Below, piece after piece: positions 1 through 12,599 of a DNA stretch of 64,000 nt (position 1 is the first letter of the stretch; every line of letters starts with the position of its first letter). The notes under the pieces were generated by a model. The model did not search any database. It worked only from the letters and a program-made list of their open reading frames with translations, and had not been told where the DNA came from. Source of the DNA: Eledone cirrhosa (lineage: Eukaryota); assembly GCA_964016885.1 (NCBI GenBank), contig OZ024746.1:57970001-58034000 (forward strand), in the 5' to 3' direction. The position numbers were made by a program, and so were the translations under genes.

Positions 1-1454
1 TTGTTTATGGCTAATGAAATTTATGTGACTCCGCCTATTTCCGACTTTGATGAATGGTTAGATGAGTGAAGACTCTGTCGATTTTCTGGCGTGTTTGTGC
101 CAACAGTAGACACCAAAATACACTTAACAAATTAATTTGTTCTCAGAGAAAGTATGGCGTCGATTGGGATGGGAAATAGTATTTCGAGGGGGAAAAACGT
201 TCGATATTCCATCGGGCACCTTCTTTCCCCTTCCTGGACATATTATAGCTCTTGTTTTTCTATCAGTTCTACCTTATTTATGTCTATTTTTGTCTGGCTC
301 CCTCTTTCTTCCTCTCGTTTTGTCGCGCTGCCGTTCTTTTTCCCAATATATCTCTCTCATTCAGTCTCTTCTTTATATATTCTCATTTTCGCGTCACTTT
401 CCCATCAAAGTGTTTCGTTTCTTATCTGCTGTGTGCATCAGTAACTGTTTACTGTTTCTTTTATCGTTGTACGTCTGTGAGATATCAATGCCTCCCTTGC
501 ACTGTGTCTGTCCTAGTAAATGGTGCTATACAGCTCTTCATTCTTAATGTTTTTCCTTACTTTCTCCATCTTATTTGCTTTTTTTTCTTTCTGCATCTGT
601 TTTTATGTTTCCTTCTTATCTACTGCACCACCATCTCACATGTTGATCGTTCATTTACCATTACTAAAACATTTACCATTTACCATTACCAAAAAATTAC
701 ACTTTTTCCAACACATCTCTGATAGTCCCTCTGTTATTTTCCCACTTTCTACCGCTCATTTATGCACAGTTTCAGTTACACACTGCCATACTTTTTCTTC
801 GTTCCAATAGCATAGTCTATATTATATGTTCTCGCTTTATGGCACACAGACCCACTCACATAAGAAGCACAATTAGATCAAAAACAACACCACAAACCAC
901 ACTAACAACAACAACAACAACAACAATAGATCACAATGTTGCAGTTCACAGAAAAGTTGAGTGTAAATATTTGAAAAGTCCTGTCCGCCAAAGCCGAAGA
1001 TTGCTTAATAAGAATCTCTAAAATAATGGAGTTTTAAATCTAGCCGTCATGTTCGGAGCTATACTTAGACAGAAAGGAGATTCTGGTCTGAGATAGTCGG
1101 GAAGAAGAACAACAACTTTTGCTGGCTTTGATAAAAGAGCAAAATAAAGCGAGAATAAATAAATCAACGATGCCATCGATTCCTCGAAGAACAGCTGGAA
1201 TTTTGCCAAATTTTACAGCCCTTTTGACATTCGAAAAACACTGTAATAAAATACGATTTAATTGTATTAGATTTTAAGCTAAAGGAAAATAAATAAAAAT
1301 TAAACTGTATCGTTTTGTTTATTTATTGTTTTTATTAATCATTATTTTTATTTATTTATTATGATTTTTATTTTCGGTTTGTCTCAGACATTACTAAAAT
1401 ATAATTCTTCTCTTAATACTCCTATTAATTATTATTATTATTGGTAATATTAGA

Positions 1455-1665
1455 GCTGTGAATTGGTAGAGTCATTAGAGCTCTGGGCAAAATGATTGGC
1501 CTTTCCTTTCGACTCTTTACATTCTGTGTTCAAACCTCGCTGAATTAATATTTGCCTTTTTTTTCTCTCCAGTTGGCGATAAGATAAAAATCACCTAAAA
1601 TACTAGTGCCTAGTTAATTGATTTGGGCTTTCCCTCAATTTGTGGCCTTATGCTTAAATTAAAAG
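1455..1665 (+). mobile_element. Degenerate tRNA-derived SINE
   Basis: Diverged match to the SINE seen at 13029 and 18070 (gttcaaa B-box-like, tttgccttt, tggccttatgc tail). Confidence 0.5.
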
Positions 1666-2012
1666 GTATGATTATCTTTGATTCTGCTACTTGAACACAC
1701 ATTTCACTAGCACTGCATGTGCCTTTCTGAGGAAATACATGCATTGAATGACGAGTACATTTAGTTAACTTATAAGTTAAAAGTTTCAAGTTTAGCTAAG
1801 CAGAATTTTAAACTAGAATATCAATTTAGGTCACTCAATTTTTAAAAAATCATTTATTTCTGTTACAGCTCTAGCTTAGATAACAAAGTCAATATTGTGT
1901 TCTAATTTAATCATAAGGTCAGCGATTCTGGAGGAAACGATGAGTTAATTACATTAACCCAACTGGTTGACTGGTACTTTATTATATCGAGCACAGAAAA
2001 ACGAAAGTTTAA

Positions 2013-2094
2013 TATTGGGTGATCAAGTATGAAATTTGTAAAAATTTGTAAAAGAAATAACATTTCTACAAATTTCATACTTCACAACCCAATA
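2013..2094. mobile_element. Tiny mariner-like MITE next to SINE fragments
   Basis: About 28-bp imperfect terminal inverted repeats TATTGGGTGATCAAGTATGAAATTTGTA / TACAAATTTCATACTTCACAACCCAATA with TA ends. Confidence 0.55.
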
Positions 2095-4142
2095 GAAACC
2101 ACTAGCGCCCAGAGACCCTATAATAATAATTTGTATATAATTTAAGCACAAGGCCAGCAATTACGGAGAAAGTGATGAGTCGATAATAATTATGCCAATA
2201 TTTGAGTGATAACTTATTTTATCGCTCGCTAAATGATGAAAGGTAAAGTTGACGTCGGTACGATGTGAACCCACAAAGCCATGAATAGAATAAAAGGATA
2301 GGGTCGTATCTTTTGAAAACTGTTCCAAAGTTTTATAACAATTAAACTAAATAGCTAATGAGGAGTTTTCAAAAGTTTAAAGAATCCGGATTGGATTCAG
2401 TTTCGCAACATCCTATTATCGAAATGTTCCATAATCCAAGCCAGATTATAATTTTCTATGTTTTCTCCTCACAAATAAAATCCTTTGGAATGCAACGGTA
2501 CATGATAACATGTACAATTAGCTTGATAATACATGTTTCTACCTCCTATAAATATAATTTGTCACTTTCACAGAGCATCACTGATTGACGAGCATCAGCT
2601 AATGAATTGAAACTTGTTCAAGACTATTATTAACACAGCAATGAATGCTCATAAATATCAAAGAGGAAACTCAACTATAACCTTACACACGATATCATTC
2701 AATAACCATATTGCAATTGTAAAACTGCAAGATTGCAATGATCTCAATATACAAGAGATAATTATAATTAACAACAATGAGTGAGAATTGGTTACTATTA
2801 TTATCTAAATAATTGTGTAGGATTCAATTAACCTATATTGAAATCGGTTATATTTTACACATCTCACTCTCCTTTATTCTCATCAGACAATGCTGTACAT
2901 CATTTACATGTAATTAGTTATTTACGTGTATTTTATATCTAAATATAAACATTTTATTTTTGCAGTGAACTAGAATGTAAAGACACATGTTGTATGTGTT
3001 AAACGAATGGTTCCTTAACTTCTTAGCGGTGCCGTTTTCAAATAGAAAGTATATTAGGTATTAAAGACTGGCAGAGTTAATCTCACCCCAGTTAAGAGCA
3101 CAGCCGATTTCCTTCAGAGAAATACAGGTGGAAGTCAAAAAGAAGTATAGAGCACTTTCATTAGGTTATTTCTCATGAATATCACTGCCTATGAGCTCTA
3201 ACTAATGGCGAAAGAATTTGAAGGGATTTACTACGAAACATATTGTTCTCAATATGAAGATATTGATGAAACACAGTTAACAAAAGCGTTTTGAATAACA
3301 TCATATTGGGAGTTATTGAGATAAATATAAGCAATTTAAGTTTTGTATCGGGGCTTTTAGTATCAAATATTCTTATTAATTCCAATAGTAATTCAATATT
3401 CAACGGATTATACTTTAAACTATATTACATTATCGACACACGAGAAAAGGTTATCCTTTTACTCGGGATTTGTGAGGTGGTATTTGGTATACCTAACGAG
3501 ACTTGCCTAAGTTTGTGAATATTACTAATGCCATATCACTGCGTTTGATTATCCCGCGATAAGTAATCATTCTAATTAATGATTTGTAAAGAAATTGAGC
3601 ATATAATAGATTTTTCTCAGAGAAACACTCTGAGTGATGAGAAATATATTTATGAGAGAGTTATATACAGTTTCAGTTCAGCATGTGAAGTGTCTTTTTA
3701 TGTGAGACTGAATTCATGGTTACGTTTGAATTATGTTTAAATTTTTATCTCATCCTCTTTAATTATTTTCATTAAAATAGAAATTTTCAACTTCAAGTAT
3801 ATCATATTTTAATGAATTAATAAATGGCTTCTGTAAACCGCTAATAATTTGTTAAATATTTTAAAATATTCAACAGCGGATTTAAATAGATTGCACAAAA
3901 AAGCGTCCGAAGATTCTATTACATAGATTTTACTCTGAACATATAAAAAAGCGGTTCAAAGTTCTAGACCACAGAAAATATAGCTATTTCACACAAATTA
4001 TAGTTTTGACATCATTGGGTAATGAAAACATACGATTGCGTAAATGTTGGCAATTACTTAAAGATGTGGCATTCCATTACCGCAGAGAGTTTATCCACGT
4101 ACATGAAGTTGTATTTGTATCTAGATTATCGAAACCAATTCT

Positions 4143-4169
<27 letters not shown>

Positions 4170-4175
<6 letters not shown>

Positions 4176-4870
4176 AAATATTTCGTATCTCCAAAGAAAT
4201 ACGGTTTTAGGAAGCCGTAGCTATGCAATCACCGGGAGGCTAACGCCCTCTAGTGATGTCCCACAGAAGCAAGAGGGACAACCGTCTATGCAGTTCAGGC
4301 TTAACTGGCCTTAGTCAGGATGGTCCCTCCCACCGCTTGCGACTGGTGGACTAGAAGACAGGTGAGAATATATACTTTTCTCGACTGTGTAAATGAGGTG
4401 ATAAATCTCATTTGCATATGAAGCTGCATAAGTTGGCTCAACTTATAATAAAAAAAGAAATAGGATTTCGCTTCAAGCATAGCTTTATACAATATGTATA
4501 AATATTTCGTATCTCCAAAGAGATACGGTCCCTCCCACCGCTTGCGACTGCAGGACTTTTATTTTAAGTTAAGCCATATGCAAATGAGATTAATCACCTC
4601 ATTTACACAGACGAGAAAACTATATATTCTCAGCTGTCTTCTAGCCGAGCAGTCGCAAACGGTGGGAGGGACCATCCTGACTAAGGCCAGTTAAGCCTGA
4701 AATGCATAGACGGTTGTCCCCCTTGCTTCTGCTGGACATCACCAGAGGGGGTTAGCCCCCCGTTATTTGCATAGCTACGGCTTCCTAAAACCGTATTTCT
4801 TTGGAGATACGAAATATTTATACATATTGTATAAAGCTATGCTTGAAGCGAAATCCTATTTCTTTTTATA
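4170..4870. mobile_element. Retrozyme-like or non-autonomous PLE-associated element: 324-nt permuted unit plus an inverted copy
   Basis: ATTTCGTATCTCCAAAG recurs 324 bp apart (4180 and 4504); 4575-4870 is the reverse complement of the unit; flanked by (TA)n; contains an HHR-like motif. Confidence 0.65.
4667..4720 (+). ncRNA. Type-I hammerhead-like motif with variant core CUGACUA
   Basis: GGGACCATC-CTGACTA-AGGC(cagttaa)GCCT-GAAA-TGCA-TA-GACGGTTGTCCC. The inverted copy at 4275-4327 has GAAA>GAAC. Confidence 0.6.
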
Positions 4871-4941
4871 TATATATATACTACATTCCTATATTTTCCT
4901 ATCTACTTTTGTTCTGCTTTAGGAAATGTAACTGCACATAT

Positions 4942-5027
<86 letters not shown>

Positions 5028-5690
5028 CTCTGCACATATATACATATATATATATGTGTGTGTATATATATGTGCAGTTACACTTCCTAAAGCAGAAAAA
5101 AGTAGATAGGTAAATATAGGAATGTAATGCAAAATGTAAATGTTTTCTGATATGTTAGCATTTCAGAAGTGTTAACTCACAAAAATTTCTCTTGTGGCTT
5201 TAATTCCAAACATACATTTACATATCTAAATACTTGGCGAATCGAATTACTGTGTTTGTTAACGTCGTAAGCATTGTCAGTCATCTAAGTCCTACATAAC
5301 ATATATGTCTGCTTTGAAAACGAAAAATACGAAGCTATAAAATACTAGAATAACTTAACAGTTGAATTGTGAAGAGGCTTCTTACAACAAATATTATTAC
5401 ACGAGAAAGTGATATTGCTACCATATAAATAATACTTTAAGGTTTCTTAGAAACGTGTGTAATTGTGAACGTATTTGTGAGCATATGTGTGTTTGAGAAT
5501 GTATTTATGTGGGCCTGCGTGTTTGTAAGTATGAGTGTATGTGAATGGGAGAGAATCATTTTTCTCTTCGAGCCTGGATTCTTTGTACACTCCATATCCA
5601 CTTTGTATCGAAATACTGTGTCAACATATTTACAGCGAACGAAACAAAGAATTTGTAGCAAATAATCAAGGCTCTTGATAGATAAACTAA

Positions 5691-5790
<100 letters not shown>

Positions 5791-5856
5791 ATATAAACGG
5801 AAAAAATGAAACGAATCTTCATTTCTCCCTCTTAGTACGGCTGTTACTTAAATATA

Positions 5857-6304
5857 AGTATCTATACGTACATACATATATGTATACAGACGTACAGTAA
5901 TATGTATATATATACATACATACACACATATATATATATGTACGTATGGATTCACCGAACATTTATTATAATGCTTGGTGTGTTTGTAAACAAACATCCC
6001 GAATTAAGCCGTAAAGTGTCTAGCAACCATCGTTGCTGATTTGTTCACACAAAGGAACGCTGTATTTCAAGCGTATTAGCTATCGTCAGCAACGTATACA
6101 TTCCTACTAACCTTTGTCAGTGTTGAACAAATTAGCAACGCTGGTTGCTAGACACTGTACGGCTTAATTCGGAATGTTTGTTTACAAACACACCGAGCAT
6201 TATAATAAATGTTCGGTGAAACCATACGTACATATATATATGTGTGCATGTATATATACATACTACTGTACGTCTGTATACATATATGTATGTACGTATA
6301 CATA

Positions 6305-6309
<5 letters not shown>
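5857..6309. mobile_element. Foldback/MITE-like palindromic element
   Basis: About 200-bp imperfect inverted arms (5857-6055 and 6111-6309); related end fragments at about 22820-22925 and 52620-52730. Confidence 0.65.
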
Positions 6310-6392
<83 letters not shown>

Positions 6393-7229
6393 AAGGTATT
6401 AGGACTGGTGCCTTGAAATAGAGATGTATAAATGAATGTATGTCTAGTATATTTGGCAATATAGCGTATGTTTATTTAAGTGTAAATATGTATATATATA
6501 TATATATAGTTTGTGTGCCTGTATCTGGAAGCATATACCATATCTTTATATACAATAAGTTTATTGGTCGCCTTGCTAACTAACATACATAGTTTTTGCA
6601 ACGAATATAAACATTGTTCTTTCATAGCGAGACTATTAATATATTTATTATATGAAACTATATATTTATGTATTCATACATAACCACGGTATGCTTAACT
6701 GTTATCTTCCGTTTGCCGGCCCCAAGGTCTGCGGGCAGGATGAACCATGTCGTCCTACATCTTCGATTATCCATACACTGCCTCTCTCATGATTCATTAT
6801 GCACGCCACAACTCTTCATAATGTCCTTCATGTTATCCTTAAGGTGTGACAAATTCGGTGTTTTATATTTGTTAGCTGGCGAAACAAGTTATGTAACCCG
6901 CAAAGTTCTGACATTTCTTGAAGCTCCATGCCTTTTTTCTTATTGGTGCAAGTTGAGTGGCTAGTCATCTGCAAATGGTGTGGTGACCAGGTTATGCACG
7001 CGCAATTTAAGGTCAAATTTCATTTAACCCCTGTTTGGAGGTAAGCAGTGTCATCATAAAAAGGGGTACTTTGTTGTGAAAGAAGAAAATGGATCAGACA
7101 TTTGCTGGCATGTATTCTCAGAGGGAGTTATCTACCTTTCACCTTTCGTAACCTTTGTACAACGTTCATATCTGAGACGTCCAGCAATATGATCTACCTG
7201 ATTCTTTTGCTATACCTTTAGTCGTATGG

Positions 7230-7318
<89 letters not shown>

Positions 7319-7326
7319 ATATACAC

Positions 7327-7376
<50 letters not shown>

Positions 7377-7899
7377 GACATATACAATTACAAAGTACTA
7401 GAATTGATTTGCTGAACAACCTGCACAAAGGATTTGTTTAAAGTCGTAGGTTGTTTGTGCCATATAATATATACTCACTCCATTATAGCATAAAGCTATG
7501 TCCGGGTGCAGTGTGCCATATTTCAGATAGTTGTATATCTCCTTCGCTGATTGTCTTACGTGAACAGAGAGTCCGATCTACCTTAACGAGGACAGAACAA
7601 AAATATATAAAATTCTAAATATTATATAACTTATAAAAGGTTTTGTGTTATGATGAAAAAGACACACATACATCCAGTCACCCACACACCCACAGCATAT
7701 ATACTATGGGATGACCGTTGACTCTCCTGAATTATACTGCGGGGTGCCCCAAATCCCAATTCTCACCACGCAAGGATGGTGGTATTGCCGGTTTAGTCGC
7801 CAACGACTTGATCATAGGGCAGGTAGTACTGTGTCACCAGTTACCCATAGTACTCAAGAGTGACCTGACACACACACACACACACACAGACACACACAG

Positions 7900-7976
<77 letters not shown>

Positions 7977-8474
7977 GATATATCCAGAGGGAGAGAGAAA
8001 GAGAGAGAGACGGTGGGGTTAAATTGGAAATAGCACGGAAAATATATTTTAGGGTCTGTCTATTTATTTATCCTTTCGTTCTTTCGTCAAAGTGACATTA
8101 TTGAAAAAATGAGAGGGACATTCTTTTAAAAAAGAGTTTTATAATGTATATAAAGTATATAAAGTATTACCGGTTTCAATGTATTATTAAAATTCTTATC
8201 AAATGTTGAATATTACAATTGAAAAGAATTAAGAAGAATTAAAAACAAAAAATTAAATATTTAAGATTAAGAGGTTAGTTTTGTTCATCTTCCTTGCTGA
8301 GAAGGAGAATATATATATACATAACCAAATATCAATATGGTTCATTGATTTATCAATGAATATAGTTTTACAATAGATTAAAAGCCCTCTGCACGTCGTT
8401 TTGTAGAGTTATTTCTGTCAATACTGGAATTGAACTATCAAGACAGTTGAGGTATGTCATACATCAATTCATGT

Positions 8475-8540
8475 ATTTTATCTGACGAGGACGTACTGAA
8501 AGAAACAGCACAGTGCCTTCAAAATATATATAATGAAACA
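8475..8540 (+). ncRNA. Degenerate hammerhead motif (same family as 26964)
   Basis: CTGACGA-GGACGTACTG...CAGTGCCTTC-AAAA; GAAA is mutated; flanks are homologous to 26935-27050. Confidence 0.45.
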
Positions 8541-8859
8541 TATATTTTGATTATGTGAATGTCTTCATTTATTATTATTCTGAATAATTAAATCGTCGAT
8601 GACTAAACCTGCAACCTCACAGATCTTGTTTGTTTATGAAAGAGCTGGTGGTGTCCCATTGTAGGGAAGAGAAACAATTGAATTGAACTGCTCAATACAT
8701 CAGGTAAAGGGTTTACTTAATTTCCTTTCATTTAGAGGTGACGATAACAAGATTTGTTCAATTTCCTTCCATGATTATATCCTCAATATAATAAACGTCC
8801 CAATTTCATCAGTGAACCTAATGGCATTAGTCATTTAAATGTCGCGTCTAACTGAAATA

Positions 8860-9030
8860 ATGGTTTCTCATATAGGCTAGCAATGTTGGGCGAGGGGAAA
8901 GTCCTTTAAATCGACCCCAGTGCGTGACTGGTACTTTATTTTATTGATCCCATAAGGATGAAAGACAAAGTTAAGCTCGGCTGGATTTGAACTCAGATCA
9001 TAAAGGCCCGTAATTCTATGCTGCAAAGCA
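8860..9030 (-). mobile_element. 5'-truncated tRNA-derived SINE with a 17-bp tandem repeat at its junction
   Basis: Reverse complement of the SINE core; (TGTCTGAAATAATAAAA) x4 at about 9031-9098. Confidence 0.75.
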
Positions 9031-10920
9031 TGTCTGAAATAATAAAATGTCTGAAATAATAAAATGTCTGAAATAATAAAATGTCTGGAATAATAAAATA
9101 AATCGATATATTTATTATATGCGTAGAGATTTTTATACTTAATGATATGTTTGAAATAAATCATTTTATAGTCTGTCACAATAGAATAATCTGGCATTGG
9201 TTCGGATCCATGGGTCCCGGACAGTGTGTGTTGTACTGAAAAACGAACTTACTAAATGTAGCTTCTCTTCCATTTTTTTTTATATCGGTCTTTCCGCTGC
9301 CATCGAATTATAATATGCTATATTTCCATCACCAACTTGAATTCCGAGATGGAGAAATGACTTTCACATCGAAATATATTAGAAAATGATAAATCTATAT
9401 TTCTTTATAATGGAAGAGTTTTGGTAAATATATATTCATGTATATTTATACTTAAGCATGTACATGCAATAGTGTATGCATGCGTGTGATTGCAACAAGG
9501 CGCAATGGTGGTTATATGCCTACATATTCAAATAATGACATACTAACATATATATACATGTGTGTATATTTGCAATTATTATAGCACTCATTTCCTTTTT
9601 TATTTGTGTATGTGTTTGTTAAAATGAAGTGTATATGTCTTTCTTTGAGTTCAAATTTATTTGTGATTTTTCTATATTGAAGTGTGAAGTACTGATTATG
9701 ATATATATATAAATGTTATAAATGACAGTTATGATTGACAAAGGAGACACTTGGGAAGAAAGATACTAAGAAGAAAATGATTATTATTAAATGAAAATCA
9801 ATTAACCACGTACACGCACATCCCCAGCCAGTTATACGCACATAGGAAGACATACTCACACATACAATTAGAGGCATGGGGAGAAAAATCCTAATAATAG
9901 AAAGAATATGTGAATAAATGTTTAAGCAAATACAATCGTCTGTTATTTATAATCATTTATATTTCAATCTGACTATCGTAGTAAATTAGGCCGAAAATAA
10001 ACTGCAATGAAGAAAGGTTACTAAATGTTATGGCAGGGACAACTTTTGTTTTGACAAGTTACATTATTTGAACCAAGCACGAATTAACTGCTCTTTCTTT
10101 CTATCAACTGAAATTTCTAACTATAGTTTAATGTTGTGTCGATGCCAACGAGACTTTGGGCTTCTGCCTACTTGGCTCCGTTCGCTTTAGGGATTAAGGA
10201 AGTATTTCAAACGTTAAGACACAGAAAATAGACTGTATGTAATTATATAAATATGTGTTTGTGTGTGTATATATATATGTGTCTGCTTGTGTAAATATCT
10301 GTGAGTGTGTGGACGTTAAAAGGGTAATTCATTGTGTGCTTCTGTTCTATTTGTCAAAGTTTCCTATATATATAAAGGTAGATATAACTAGACAAATCCA
10401 CTAAGTTAGATAAGAGTAGATAATTGTGCAGGTAAAGTAGTTAGATAAGTTTTATTCTAGAGCCGTCACTTGCAATCAAATACGACGTGTACCTTCTTTT
10501 CCCTACGTGTTGTTTTGTTCCCTATGCAGTCGCAAGCATTTAAAAACATCGTATCGTACGCCCCTTCGATATTGTGGAATGTCCATAATGTGACAGCTGG
10601 TTTTATCTTTATCAAACTCGAAAGATTAAAAAGCAATGTGGCCCTCGGCGGCATTTCAACTCAAAAACCTAAAAGCCCGAATAGATAGCAACGCTCTAAA
10701 CAATCACTTGTTAAATACCTATATCTGTGATTAAGCATTTTTATTTGTACTGTTGCCTTGGTAGCACAGAAATCTTACTAAATAAAATATTAATGGGGAA
10801 GACTTTTGCTCACAATCTTGAGATATTGAAACTTTTTGTCTAACAGTGCTCACAACGATGGATTCTTCTTATAAGAAACTGAACTGACACTGTGTGTGTG
10901 TGTGTGTGTGTGTGTGAGTG

Positions 10921-10977
<57 letters not shown>

Positions 10978-11248
10978 TTACATAGTATTCTGGGTATAAT
11001 GTCGTATGCACGAGTGCATTAATGGCAATGAATTCGTTTATCAATAACTGTATTTCAGATGTGTATGAACGAAAGACAAACATGTAAGAAAGACATGGCT
11101 TGCATGCATGGATAATTACATTAATACTAGTGTATTCTAGTGATTCTACATGGATTACCATGTTATGGATGTCTATGGTCACTATATGTAAGACTACTTA
11201 TAATAAAACCACAGAGTAAAGCTAAATATTTCATGCCATTATTTTCAA

Positions 11249-12070
11249 TGGGCGGTGGGTTGGCAGTATCACTAGAGCCTGCGACGCTTTGCTGCATTGG
11301 GCTATGTCCCTTTACAATCTGAGTTCAAATCCCGCCGAGATTAGCTTTGCCTTTCATCTTTACGGGGTCGATATAATAAGTACCAGTAATATACTGGTCG
11401 AATTAATCGACTTTCCCATCCCCGCAAAAAATATTGTCCCTGTGAGTAAAGTAGAAACAATTATTTCTTAAGGGAGCTGGATTGGCAGTATCGGTAACCG
11501 TCAGACACCATGCTTTGTGTTATGGCCCTTTCTCTGTTCAAATCTCGCCGAAGTTAACTGTGCCTTTCATCCTTACGGGGTCGATGAAATAATGTAACAG
11601 TAATGCACTGGAGAAATTGTTGGCTCTGTAGCGCAAGTAGAAACAATTATTTCTGATTACTGATGGGCGGTGTATTGGCAGTATCGGGAGATCGTCGGAG
11701 ACCATACTTCGTGGCATAGAGTTACGACCCTTTACGTTCTGAGTTCAAATCCCGTCGAGGTTAGACTTGCCTATCATCCTTACGGGGTTCATGCACAGGG
11801 GTCGACTTAATCGACTTTCCCCTCCCTTCAAATTGCTAGCCCTGTGCCTATAGTAGAAATCATTATTTCTTATTACTGACAAACATCGGTAGAGGTTCGG
11901 ACGCCATGCTTTGACGCATAGAGTTACGGCCCTTGCAATTCTGAGTTAAAATCCCGCCGAGGTTAACTTTGCCTTTCATTCTTACGGGGTCGATAAAATA
12001 AAGTACCAGTAATGTACTGAGTAATTTCTGGCCTTGTGCCAATAGTAGAAACAATTATTTCTTATTACTG
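11249..12070 (+). mobile_element. Four head-to-tail tRNA-derived SINE copies
   Basis: The order GGCGGT..TGGCAGTATC, GAGTTCAAATCCCGCCGAG, TTTGCCTTTCATCCTTACGGGGTCGAT, AGTAGAAACAATTATTTC recurs at about 11249, 11472, 11665 and 11885. Confidence 0.85.
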
Positions 12071-12164
12071 ATATTCTATTAGCTTTATGATATATTATAA
12101 CATTTATTGTCAAGTTTGCCACATGCTCTCATATGAGTTTTGTTCATATTTCGGCTCCTGTGTT

Positions 12165-12510
12165 ACTCGGGACACATTAAAAACAGTACCCGTGTGTCAA
12201 TTTTGGCATAGAACTTCAATTCATACATATAAAAGGGCTGATTTAAGGTCTTTCTATCTATTTTGTAGCGATATTTTGTTTTGTTGAGCGCTAAAGACAT
12301 TGGTGTGAGTGCAATACAAAATACCAGTGGAGGAAACAAACCAACTTGAAAAATACCACAGGTATTATTTATGTTGCTGGAATTTATAGTTCTATCGCTG
12401 TGTAAAAGTGATAGCTTTGTATTCCATATAGACATGTGGTATTTCAGGAAGTTTGATATCACTGGAAAATTTCAAAATCCACGTATGGGAATACAGTCAA
12501 AATTATTATT
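12165..12510 (-). pseudogene. R4/Dong-like non-LTR reverse transcriptase fragment
   Basis: Translation GIFQVGLFPPLVFCIALTPMS...FYMYELKFYAK resembles the RT motifs GIFQGDSLSPL.FC.AL and LYMDDLKLYAK. Confidence 0.65.
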
Positions 12511-12599
12511 ATTATAGTGATTCACAGATTTGGGTGTTACCGCTGGTTATTCAGGAATCCTCATCCGGCTTCACATAGGCTTAAGGAAAATGACTGGCT

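Noticed and set aside
137-810. Overlapping hydrophobic ORFs at the window start
   Set aside because: T/C-rich strand bias suppresses stops; no protein-like features.
2860-2890. CTGATGAG on the minus strand
   Set aside because: No stem II and GAAA follow.
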